Of a stretch of DNA of 64,000 bases, positions 13,331 through 30,896 are shown one piece after another (positions within the stretch are counted from its first letter, which is position 1; each line of letters opens with the position of its first letter). The position numbers and the translations under genes were made by a program. Where the stretch lies: NCBI RefSeq assembly GCF_036321535.1, contig NC_087452.1:32054001-32118000 (forward strand), read 5' to 3'. The notes below the pieces were generated by a model. That model made no database searches. It saw nothing but the letters and a program-made list of their open reading frames with translations, and was not told the DNA's origin. This stretch comes from Camelus dromedarius. Its lineage: Eukaryota.

Positions 13331-16300
13331 GTGCTGCTAAAAACATCCCCAGGGTGGGGGTGATTTTATGATCATTATTGTTATCACTTGTCTGGTTCCC
13401 ATCCCGGCAGAGTTCACTGCTCCTCCATTTCCCTGACCCTCCTGCACACGCAGGCACGTCCTAGGCACACTGGTGCCCCAGAATGAGGCTCCTTGTGACC
13501 TGAGCCCACCCTGGAGGGGTGAGGGATGGGGAGGTCTGGGTAGGGGTGCAGCTGCAGCAACTCTGTTTATTTCAAATCTGGATCCTACGTGCACTGCACC
13601 TTGAGTCACCCTCCTAAGTACATCTGGTCCCCGGGCTCTATATATCCCCGCCTCCACCATTACTGTTACTGCTTGCATTCAACAATACTGGGCTGAAGGG
13701 TACAGGGGTCTCCTCCAGACTTCCTGCTGGACCGAGCCCACTGCTACCACCCAGCCAGGCTAGCCCCTTTCATGGTGCAAGGCCAGGGATCGAGGCGGGC
13801 CTTCACCCCCAGTTCTGCTCCCACAGCACTGTCCTCCGAGAGCAGGCCTGTAGAGAACTGGGTGAGAAAGGGCCGGCTCCCTTCAACGTTCTGCACCCCT
13901 TCCCACCTGTCAACGCTGGTTTTTTCCCATCTCCTCTCAGGGAACCCCGTCCTGGCTGCAGCTGCAGCAGCAACATTCCCTCCAGGCTCCCGCCCCCGTA
14001 GCCCCCAGGCTCCTCCTCTGAGCCAGGGTGGGAGCACAGTAATTTGAGTTATTTTTAGCCAAGCCGCATCCTCCTGGAGATGCAAGTCAAGGGGAAGCCG
14101 CCCCCGCGCCTCCAGGAGCTGCTTGCAGAAAAAGATGGATTAAAACCAGTGCTTCCAGGGCTTGGGCCAGGCAGGCCACCGCCGCTGAGATGGGTGGAGC
14201 CAGGACCCTGGGCTTTTCACCAGTAAGCTCCCCACACTGGGGCAAGCTTGTTAAGGGTGACGGGTGTCCCCCACATGCCCCTCACTGCCACCACTCAGCA
14301 GCTGTCCTCAGCCTGCCCTCTCCTGGTTCCATCCCCATCCTCCCTGCCTGCACTGAGGAGGGCATTCTGGGAGCCATCCCCCTCTGGGCAAGGTGCCTTG
14401 GGAGTGGGCAGCTTCTGTGTTTCCAGGGGAGATTTGGGGGCAGGGAAGACCCCCCCTTCCTGATATCACCTGCCTGGCCTTCTGCCTGGCCCTAGGAGGG
14501 CTACCAAATGGGACGGACACCATGGTCCAGGCCCCGGAAGTACTTGGCATGAAAGAGTGCCTGGAGCCGTAGCAGCATAGTAGGTGGCGCCCTCATCCCC
14601 ATCTCTCAGGCCAGGTCACAGAGCCACAGGAGGACGGAGCATTTGCTCAAGGTTACCCAGCTGCTGAGTGTCATAGCGGCATCTGAGTCATGCCCTCCAG
14701 CCTTCACTAGTGGACAGGCCGTGAATGCCTGAGAATGTGACGACCATCTAACAACCAACTAAAGAACAGAAAGGAAGACTGATAATGTTGTACTGGGGGG
14801 ATGTTGTACTGGGATCCACAGGCCATGATGCCAGAGCACACTCTCCCACAGGCTCGATACTCAGTGGTCACCAGTGTTGAGTCTCAGGCAACAACGTCCA
14901 AGCCCAGAAGAGCTCCCAGGAGTGACCTTGACAGAAAAGGAGCAGGGTGACCCTGGGCAAGTCACTTAACCTTTCTGAACCTCAGTTCCCTCATCTGCAA
15001 CAAGAGAGGCCACTCTGCGGGTGTGGCGAGGACAGTGACAGCTGATGCACAGCTCCTGGCTCCAGGCCCTGGCAGGTTTCCTCTTTCCTGCCCAAGCTGG
15101 AAGGATGGTATGCTGGAAGGTAAGGACATTCACTGTGGGCCAAGCCTCCGGGACTTTGCAGTAGGTGCAGCAACAGCCTAGGCACGCCCTAATCAGCTGG
15201 GTTCCAGTGCCAGAGACCATGGGGAGCAAACGCTGGCTTGTGCCTGCTCGGCCCACTGTATTTGCCTCACCCCCTCCCACCTCTGCCGGACTTACATGGC
15301 CTGCCTTTGAGCCCCAGAAGCATGCCTCGTCTCCCAGGAAGGCCTCCGCGTCCCCTTCCAAACCTGAGGCTCCTGCCTAGATGGACCTCTCTCTGTTCTG
15401 CATCTTGGGGTGCTGTGCCCCGCAGCTTCCTCTTGTCCCAGCCCCTCAGACTTTGAGCATAGGAGATCTTCCAGGTGATCATGGCAGTAGCCCTGGCTCA
15501 GCAGACATAAAGGTTTCAAACTTGGGGCCTCAAAAGGCCCACCCACTGATCTCCCAAGTGGAACCAGGGGTCACCCTTTCTGTTTGCTCCATCATGGAGA
15601 ATCTCCTTGTTTTACAAGGGATGGGGATGGCAGGGCGGGTGAGGGGCAGCCCCTGGGTAGGCGGGTGATTTGCCCAGGGACCCACAGCTTAGAAAAGGCA
15701 GCAATTGGGCCAAAGCCCATTGTCTAGGGCCACAAGCCCTTCTTACTCAGGGCACCTGATAAGACCATTAGGATCTCTAGCCCTCCTGACTGTGCCCCTC
15801 TTCAGATCCCCAGCTCCTTTCTGCTCTTTCTGGTGTCCTCTGTTCCTCCCTAAACAGGGCTAGGCCTCCTCCCTCACTAGTCCATTATGTGCTGGGGCTG
15901 AGAGGGGGTTTACTGAAGCACTAAACAGGGAGCAGACAAGGGCAGGCCCACAGCTGCCCCCAGACTCCCACCCCTGTGGGGTGCAGCATCCAATGACCTC
16001 ATCGCCTGTCCTTTAACCCAACAATAAGGATGGCCCCAATCCCCTCCTCTGACCATCTGGGTTCCCTGCTTGACTTTGCCACCCACTCTTTGTGTGCCCT
16101 TGGGCAAGTCCCTTCTCTCCAGACCTCCATTTCCCATCTATAGGCTTAGAGAGGGCAACTAGGTGATTGTCAAGGTCCCTGCCCCAGTGCTGGTTTTCCC
16201 AACTCTCCCAGGGGCTCCTGGGTTGCAGCTTTTGTCTCCTGGGAGAGGGTTGGGACTTGGAGAGTTGGGGGCTTGAGATTTTAGGGAGGTGACAGACCCC

Positions 16301-18529
16301 TGGTTCATTCAGAAGAATTCTTGCAAAAGCCACTTCATCCTGCCCTCTCTCCACTTAAGAATCTTCCATCTGATCCTGAGGCAGGAGTGGCCCTGGGATC
16401 CAGCTCCTGGGCTATAACCAGGGCTGAGAAAGGAACCTGCCCCTGTCCCCAGCCTCTCTTTACCCGGGCTAGGGAGGCACGCACAGGAGAGAGGGGCATC
16501 CAGGTAGGATGGGGCGAAAGGAGAAAGGGGAGCTGGAGGGGCCGTGGTTGCCATGGCAATGACGTTGCTGGCTCCACTGGAGGCTGCTAAGGGAGAAGGG
16601 AAGGGGTCCTTCTCAACCCTCAGCTTCATTTTTCCTTTTCAGATCCTCTCAAAACCTCAGATGCAGGAGTGGGAGCCCCTCTGGTGTGCAGTCCTGCACT
16701 GTCCAGCCCCAACGTGTGCCCACATTTTCCATCCCTCCCTTCCTAGCGGGACAGTCCTCTGTGCTACCAAGCATCTCCCCCTTCACACTCGGCCAGTCCC
16801 TGCCTTCCTGAGGCCAGCGGACCCCAGCCCCACCCCGAGCCTGCCCTCCTCCCAGGGACACTGCCACCACCACAAACACCCCCTCCTTTCTAGGCCTGTT
16901 CTGGGTGGGGTGAGTGGGTCTGAGTCGACACAGGCCCCTACTCTGGGTATCTGTTGGCCATGAAGGCCAGGGGCTTCCCCCAGGTCACCTGGTGGTCAGT
17001 GTCACAGGGCTTCCTCCATGACCTTACCAAGCACACACCATCCCATGCTCCTCAAGTCCTGGGGGGGCATCTGGACCAGGATAGCTCTCCATTTGGCTGT
17101 GGGACCACTAGCAAGTCACGCCCAAGGACTCCATCTCCCCATCTGTGAAACAGGGTGATAAGAACCCCACTAGCTCCCTAGGCTGCTGGGCAGTCTCAGG
17201 AATGCTCAGCCGGACTCCAGGAGGCTTCTTGCCTGCTCAGCACTCCCTCCACTGTCTCTGCCTTCACTGTCTCCCTCTCCACTGTCACAAGTGAAGAGGC
17301 TGAGGCTCAAAGAGGTGAAGTCACTCTGCTGGTGAGTGGCAGTCAGAATTTGCACCCAAGTCTGTCTGATTCAAAACCTGTTCCTTTAAACTCCAACAGA
17401 CATAGCATCCAGTAACTCTGAGGTGGACCAGCAGGGGCTGTGCCCAGGAATACCTGCAGGCGCCATGTTCTCTGCCCTGATCCCTCTCTGGGGGAAGACA
17501 CCATCCACCACCACTACCAGAAGCTTGAAGCCAGGGGAGACCCAACACACCAGAGAACCTGCTGAGGATGACAGAGGCTTGGTCCATGGGTGGGGGAGGT
17601 GGGAGGATTGGTGCCAGAAGCAGGGATGGGAGAGGTCTGGGAGGCTCAAAGGGCCTCCTTCTCAAAGGAGGGGTGCTCCAGCCGACCTGCATCAGCACCA
17701 CTCCACCTGAGGTCCCATGCTGCCCCCATGTGGACGACGGGCTCACATTCCCTGCTGGGGACGGTGCATCACTTCTGGGCAAGGGGCCCCACCCAGAGGG
17801 AAAAATCAGTGGTCTAGGGCTGTGAAGGTGTCCCCAATGACCAATGAGCTGCACTCCCAAGCCTCTGCAGAGCCTGTTTTCTCTCTTCCCCACAGATCCT
17901 GGGCCTCAGCCCGGCCCTGCACGCTGCCCACCACCTTTCCTTCTCCCGGGAGCTCTGAATCCCAGACTCTTGGAAGGAAGTGAACTTGAGAGTTTTATCT
18001 TCCAACCCTTCATCCCATATTTCAACCTCCACCTCCAGTAATCCCTTGTATCTGAGAGCTCACTACCTCTGGGAGCAGCTCATGGTTTGGAGGAAACTCT
18101 GATTGTTAAAATGACCCCTGGCCGAGGAGCTAGTTTTTGTCTCCCTCAGTGATAGCTCTGCCCTCTGGGGCCACAAGAACCACATGGCCTCTCACTGGGG
18201 AATTTCTAAGCAGACTCAAAGCTTAACCTTGTGCTTAGGGGCCTCCTCTCTGCCCTCCAGTCCTCCCCTACAGGTAAAAAATCCTGGCAGTGTCCCTTAG
18301 TGGGTTTTAACCCACTAATGGCCCCTCTTAATCTGGGCACACTGGTAGGCCCTTTCCTCTGGAACTTCAGGACTGAAGGGACCCAGCACCTCTGAGGACT
18401 GTCATTTCCCTCCATCCTGGCCCTTCCTTAGATCTGTCCTCAGTTTTAGCATTCACTTGATACTGACATTCTTTCCCTAAGCCATGTCTTCCTCCCCAGA
18501 GGCCTTGTGAGGAAATAAGCATGGCTGGG

Positions 18530-18598
18530 ATTAACAATGATTGAGCACCTAATGTATACTCAGCGCAGTGTTCGGTGCTTAACTCAGATTTCCAGTTT
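18530..18598 (-). mobile_element. MIR fragment, left part of a MIR split by the L1 insertion
   Basis: 'attgagcacctaatgtatactcagcgcagtgttcggtgctt...gtttaat' matches the antisense MIR 3' end; the element resumes at about 20412-20478 ('aaccccatgag...actgaggcttagagag'). Confidence 0.55.
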
Positions 18599-18599
18599 A

Positions 18600-20291
18600 A
18601 TTGATAAAGGAACTTGAAGATGATTCAAAGAAATGGAAAGATATTCCATGCTCTTGGACTGGAAGAATTAATATTGTTAAAATGGTCACCTACCCAAAGC
18701 AATCTACGGATTTAATGCGATCTCTATCAAACTACCCGTGACATTTTTCACAGAACTAGAATAAATAATCCTAAAGTTTATATAGAACCATAAAAGACCC
18801 AGAATTGCCAAAGCAATCCTGAGGAAAAGGAACAAAACTGGAGGCATAACCCTTCCCAGACTTCAGACAATAGTACAGAGTTACAGTAATCAAAAGAGCA
18901 TGGTGTTAGCACAAAAACAGATATATGTATCAATGGCACAGAATAGAGAGCCCAGAAATAAATCTTCACACCTACAGTCGATTAACAAAGGATACAAGAA
19001 TATACAATAGAGAAAAGACAGTGTTTTCAGCGAGTGGTGCTGGGAAAGCAGGACAGCTGCATGTAAATCAGTGAAGTTAGAACACTTCCTCACACCATCC
19101 ACACAAAAAAACTAAAAGTGGCTTAAGACTTAAACATAAAACAGGACACCATAAAGCTCCTAGAAGAGAACATTGGCAAAACATTCTCTGATATAAATCG
19201 TAGCAATGTTTTCCTAGGTCAGTCTNNNNNNNNNNNNNNNNNNNNNNNNNNNNNNNNNNNNNNNNNNNNNNNNNNNNNNNNNNNNNNNNNNNNNNNNNNN
19301 NNNNNNNNNNNNNNNNNNNNNNNNNNNNNNNNNNNNNNNNNNNNNNNNNNNNNNNNNNNNNNNNNNNNNNNNNCTTAATTTCCAAAATATACAAACAGCT
19401 CACACAACTCAATAACAACAACAACAACAACAACAAAAACAGTCCAATCCAAAAATGGGCAGAAGACCTTAATAGACATTCCTCCAACAAAGACATAAAG
19501 ATGGCCAAAAGGCACATGAAAAGATGCTCACCACTGCTAACTGTTACAGAAATGTAAATCAAAACTACAGTGAGGTATTACCTCACACCAGTCAGAATGG
19601 CCATCATCAAAAAGTCTACAAATAATAAATTCCAGAGAGGGTGTGGANNNNNNNNNNNNNNNNNNNNNNNNNNNNNNNNNNNNNNNNNNNNNNNNNNNNN
19701 NNNNNNNNNNNNNNNNNNNNNNNNNNNNNNNNNNNNNNNNNNNNNNNNNNNNNNNNNNNNNNNNNNNNNNNNNNNNNNNNNNAAGACCCTATTTTGAATA
19801 GATATATGCACCCCAACATTCACAGCAGCATCTTTTAAATTAGCCAAGCCATGGAAGCAACCTAAATGTCTACTGACAGATGACTGGATAAAGAAGGTGT
19901 GGTATGTATATACAACATATATGCCATAAAAAAGAATGAATAATGCCACTTGTAGCAACATGGGTGGACCTAAGAGATTATCATATTAAGTGAAGTAAGT
20001 CAGAAAGAACAAGACAAATGTCGTGTGACCACTTATATGTGGCATCTAAAATATGATACAAATGAACTTATTTACAAAACAGAAACAGACTCACAGGCAT
20101 AGAAAAAAAACTTACAGTTACCAAAGGGGAAAGGGGGTGGGGGAGGGATAAATTAGGAGTTTGGGATTAGCAGATACAAACTACTGTATATAAAATAGAT
20201 AAACAAGGTCTTACGATAGAGCACAGTGAACTATATTCAATATTCTGCAACAAAAAATAATGGAAAAGAATGAAAAAATACACAAATACAT

Positions 20292-20342
<51 letters not shown>

Positions 20343-20410
20343 ATCATTTTGCTATACACTGGAAACTAACACAACATTGTAAATCAATTATACTTCAATT
20401 TTTAAAAATT
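18600..20410 (+). mobile_element. 5'-truncated, degenerate LINE-1 (end of ORF2 plus 3' UTR), cetartiodactyl type
   Basis: Begins with ORF2-like [26 protein letters not shown] and carries frameshifts and stops. The 3' UTR 'ggtggggagggataaattaggagtttgggattagcagatacaaacta...(TA)n...ctgaatcattttgctatacactggaaactaacacaacattgtaaatcaattatacttcaat' ends in an A/T tail. Contains two N-runs and an (ACA)n at about 19412-19436. Confidence 0.93.
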
Positions 20411-20665
20411 GTCCATTTTAACCCCATGAGACAATTACTATTTTTATCAAGTTACACTCAGAACTGAGGCTTAGAGAGCAGAGATCTGGACCAAGAAGAG
20501 ACTTTTTTATTTCTGTGAAATCCCTCCTGGCCAACTAACCTCTTGCCTCCTTATTCTGCCACCTGCCCGGATTTGTGAAATGTGTACATTTAATTCCTCA
20601 AACATTTATCAGGTCCCCACATGTACCTGGCACTGCGCCAGGCACAACAGTAATAACCCCAGATC

Positions 20666-20775
20666 ACGATGTCCTGGGTTCACTTCCCAGTACTTTCATT
20701 AAAAATAAATAAAGAACCCTAAGGACCTCACCCCACCTGAAAATTAAAAAAAAAAAATTTAAAAATAAAAAAGAA
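20666..20775 (+). mobile_element. 5'-truncated tRNA-derived (Vic-1-like) SINE
   Basis: B-box-like 'gtcctgggttcacttcccagtact' followed by 'aaaaataaataaa' and an A-rich tail; same family as the copies at 21263 and 35252. Confidence 0.7.
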
Positions 20776-21262
20776 ATTGAAGAATTAAGAAATATCAATA
20801 ACCCCAGATGTCTCTGACCCTGTAACTTCAGTGAGCAGGCCACACTGGATCCCACTCAGGATGTGGTTGGGACTGTAGCTCCAGACAAGGCCGAGACAAG
20901 ACAACGCCCCTGCAGGCGACACGGTTCAGGTGGGTCATATCCAGCCCCGCTCAGCCCAGGGTTGGTCTGCTCACCAAGGCCTCACATCTCTCTTTGTCTG
21001 GGGCTAAAGGCATCTGCAAGGAACCTGGGTAATAGACATTTTGCGGAGTCCAGCCAGCAGCTCTGCCCAAGACTCTGCCATAGAGCAGGGCAAATGGACC
21101 CAGGCCTCCGTACAGAAAGAGATGGGGCAAGAGCCACTCATACATGGAAGGTGGGAGTATGCTGACCCTGGAAAAAGGGCAAGTTCTTCACCTTTTTTTT
21201 GTGTTAGAAGCTCCTCTGACAAATGGTGATGTTTATGGACTTCTTCTCAGAGTAAGATTTTT

Positions 21263-21379
21263 ATTTATTCATTCATTCATTCATTCATTCATTTTTTTGT
21301 AATGGAGGTACTTGGGGTTGAACCCAGGACCTCCTGCATGCTAAGCATGAGCTCTACCACTGAGCTATACCCTCCCTCT
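21263..21379 (-). mobile_element. tRNA-Ala-derived SINE (camelid Vic-1-like) with 16-bp target-site duplication
   Basis: Reverse complement reads gggagggtatagctcagtggtagagctcatgcttagcatgcaggaggtcctgggttcaaccccaagtacctcc plus an (AATG)n tail. TSD tcagagtaagattttt at 21247-21262 and 21380-21395. Confidence 0.9.
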
Positions 21380-21524
21380 TCAGAGTAAGATTTTTAAATG
21401 TGTAAAATAAAATAGGTTTACAAAGAATTTTCATGAAAGGAAAAGATGTCCACGAATTACGATTGAACAAATGAAATCAGGTTACAGAAGAGCCTGTGTA
21501 AGCTCTTTATACATTTACTATGAG

Positions 21525-21680
21525 AGAGGGAGGGAGAGAGAAGGAGGAGGAAGAGGTGAGGGAAGAGGGCAGGAATGGAGGGAGGAGGAAGGAAGGAAGG
21601 AAGGGAGGGAGGAAGGAAGAAAGAAAGAAAGAAAGGGAAAGAAAGACAGAGGGAGGAAAGAGAAAAAGAGAAAGGAAGGT
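21525..21680. repeat. Polypurine low-complexity tract with (GGAA)n and (GAAA)n
   Basis: About 155 nt almost entirely A/G on the + strand. Confidence 0.9.
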
Positions 21681-23619
21681 AGAAAAACTCTCTCTATATA
21701 CACTTGGCCAGCCCTACAGTCTTCCCCACTTTGAAAAGCACGGCAGGCTAGTGGCTCCAGATCATGGTCCCCTTTGGCTCTCTAAATGGCCTCCTCAGAC
21801 TCAGTCAAAGGTCCTCATTCTTGTCACTGCCTCCTCCCTTGCCTGACGGCCGGGATCTTACCCGGGGCCTATCCCTACAGCAGCTCCAGTGGTTCTGCAT
21901 GGCTATCATCCATCTCTGAATCTGCCTCCTCATCAGACTATGGCTCTCTGCTCACTGCTCTTTCTGACACAGAACAACCTGGCAACACCAAGTCCTCGGC
22001 AGGTGTCATCACTCACTTTTTAGGAGCTGTGAGAGCTGCTGCCTAGCTGGAAGGCCACACAATGGGGCAGCCTGCTTTCTTTACAGCAGTCATGGCCTTT
22101 TTTGCCGGCCCCCACTTGCTTGCTTCCCTTTCTCAAGGTGCAGCAGTCAGACCTTCTCCTCCTTGTCCCAACTTCTGGCCCCACCTCTCCCACTAGCTCC
22201 TCCACCTGTCTTTCTGGCCTCAGTTGTTTCTTTGGTGGCACTAGGTCACCCTGTGAGCATCTGAGCCTGCTCTTCATTCTCTGAACTCACATCTGCCAGA
22301 TTTCTCTCCCTCTTCTCAGGAATGCTTCAGTGAGGAGTCACCTCTGTGTCCTGCCTCCACATCCTCCTTTCCCCTTCACTCCTCAACTCTTTGCAAAATG
22401 CTCCTGTCACATCAACTTGCCTGCCAAGTATGTCCAGTTCAGTAGGTGTTTGTTAAGCTCCTGTTCTACATCAAGTGCTGTGTCAGGCAATGGGAAAATG
22501 AAGGTGACCAAACCAATCCCAAACTCATGGTGCTTGAGCCTATGAACACATTCAGAAATCAATAAGGAATATAGCAGTACACCAGAAATTAAACACAACG
22601 TTGTAAACTAACTATATTCCAATTAAAAAAAAAAGAATGGCAAGAAAGAAATCAGAACCAAAGAAAGGAATATAATTAGAGTTTGGGAAAGTTCTATGAA
22701 GGAAACAGAATGAGAGGACACAGAGTAACTTGGGAGATAGAGCAGAAGGTATCTAGTTTAGATAGGTTAGCGTAGGGAGGTCTCTTCAAGAAGGTACACC
22801 ATTCAAAGAGGTGGGAGAAGGTGGCCCAGGCAGAGGGGATAGTAAGTACAAAAGCATTGAAGCAGGAACAAGTGTTTGTGCCTGGCAGGAAAGAAGTCCG
22901 TGGGTTTGGAGAGAAGTGGATGATAAGGAGAGCATGGCCAAGGTTAGGGGTGGGGAGGTAAAGAACGTATCCCCAGTGCAAGGGGAAGTCCTTGTAAGTG
23001 ATAAAATGTGATTTGTATCTTTAAAAATGCCCTCAGGCACCACTGCTGTGTGGAAAATCAACTGTAGGGTAAGAGGTGGAGAGAGTAAGTTATGAGGAGG
23101 CAACGTTTACTCACTTTGGATGTCCAGATGCATAGCACATTTAATGCATCTAAAAAGAAACATCTGGATCACTGTCTCCTTGAAAACAAAGCAACAAGAC
23201 CCCTGCCCCTCCTCCCCCAATCTTCCCCATTTCTGTAAACCGCACCGTCATTCACCTCCTTGTTCAAGCCAAAAACTTAGGGGCTACACTGGCCTTCTTC
23301 CTCACCCCCATCTTCTGCATCCCAAGCCCAGTCTATTCTCTTTCTTTATCCACTCCTATCCATCCCCACGCCCAACTCGGATCTGGGCGCCATCACTCCT
23401 AACAGCTCTCTCTCCTCTCCTCTGCCCCCTACAGTTCATTCTCCCCGCAGTAGCCAGGGGTACTCTTTCAGAACACAAATCTCCCATCACGCCCCGCCCC
23501 ACTTAAATTCCTCAAGGACTCCCTTCGCCTTCAGGACCTTTAATGAGACTTGGGACCCAAGTCTAGGAGGAATAGGAGAAGGGAAAAGGGCCGGTAAAAC
23601 CTGAAGGAGCACCGCCTGC

Positions 23620-24200
23620 CCGTCTGGCTTGTGCCTTCCCGGGATTAGGAACCTTTCTTCAAGGCTCTGGGGGAAGCTTTTCCAGTAGTACCTTCCTGCC
23701 GCGACGACCCTACTTCCCGTGCTGCACCGCGGCCTTCCTCTTTCTCTTCCGGTCCCAGGCGATTCGGGATCTCCCGGCTCCGGTGAGTGCAAGCCGCGCG
23801 GCATCCGAAGCCATCCGTGATTCCCGGCCGGCGGCGGGGCCCAAGGCCTGAGGAGGACAGGGAGGCTGTGTGTGGCTGTGGGGAACGGAGGCCGCTAGGC
23901 AGGGGAGGTGTTCGTGGATTCTCATGGGGTAGATGGGAAGGGGAGAACCAGGATTTTGGGGGAGAGCGCAACCTTTTGGCTGGGGGGCGGTTGGTTTCGA
24001 GGCACCATTACCTGAGCTTGGGAGGGGGCGACTGGCATCGGGTCGTGCAGAGTGAATTGAGGCGGGTGGAGGCCGTGGAGGCAAGGCATCTGTGCTGCAG
24101 CCTCCTTCTGGCTTCTGGTTGCACGTTCTTCCAGCCAGGGCGGCAGCGGTAGGCCCAGCACAGCGAGCCCCCAGCCCTGATCTGCGCTCTCGTCCTCCAG
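23620..24200 (+). promoter_or_regulatory. RPL29: RPL29 CpG-island promoter with TCT initiator / 5'TOP; non-coding exon 1 about 23740-23782
   Basis: TCT motif tCTTTCT at 23739-23745 inside the pyrimidine tract cttcctctttctcttcc. ETS-type cttcc motifs flank it. Donor gtgagt at 23783. Confidence 0.8.
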
Positions 24201-24208
24201 GTACAGGC

Positions 24209-25908
<1,700 letters not shown>

Positions 25909-26002
25909 AGGCTTTCATCTATTGATGTGAGGATGTAAGGACTAGTGTGACCCCTGGGTAGCTGTCTGCATGGGGCTCATGTCTACCTGTGCTGTTTGTA
26001 CA

Positions 26003-26008
26003 AATAAA
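26003..26008 (+). terminator. RPL29 polyadenylation signal AATAAA
   Basis: AATAAA about 95 nt after the stop codon, preceded by a TGTA upstream element. Confidence 0.85.
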
Positions 26009-26560
26009 CCTGAGGCAGGATCTGTCAGTCATCCTGTGTCTGTGATTCCAGAGCTGGAACTAGGGTTTAGGTGGGGTCGGTGTGTGTAGGAGAAAAGTTT
26101 AGCCTTCCCTTGATGGTAGCGTATTGGGGGAAGTCTGGGAAAATAGAGCCCTAGAGTGCAAGAAGTGGCTGGTAAATGAGGAGTGGTTGGGTGCCTTAGG
26201 GACACGGGCACATGATTTGCTGGACTGGGCAGGGTGGTGAGGAAAGGGAGAAATCCCAACATCCTGGTCAGGTCTTGAAGCCTATGAAAAGAAAGGGGAG
26301 GGACCCTGCGGAAGAATTCTGCACTCTGGCCTGAGGAGTTCTAGGTTCCTAGTGTGCCTGGCTAGCATCCACTGCTCTGGGTTGTATGGTCCCCCGAGTT
26401 CTTGGGACGAGTTGGTGTTAATTATGCTGGGGCAACAAGTGCCCCCCATGGTGTGTGGCCCTCATGTCTGAAGTAGGTGTTAACAGTTAAATCTTTGAAC
26501 TCCTGCTCCATGAACATCCTTGCTGTTAAATACTTCAGAAGTGACCCTGTCCACATAGAC

Positions 26561-26566
26561 TTTATT
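26561..26566 (-). terminator. ACY1 polyadenylation signal AATAAA
   Basis: tttatt on +, about 65 nt past the ACY1 stop codon. Confidence 0.85.
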
Positions 26567-26630
26567 GTTGGGCAGGAGAGAAAAGGGGTCCTTGGCATTG
26601 GCCAAGGGTGGAGGTTAGGGAGTGTGGGGC

Positions 26631-30896
<4,266 letters not shown>

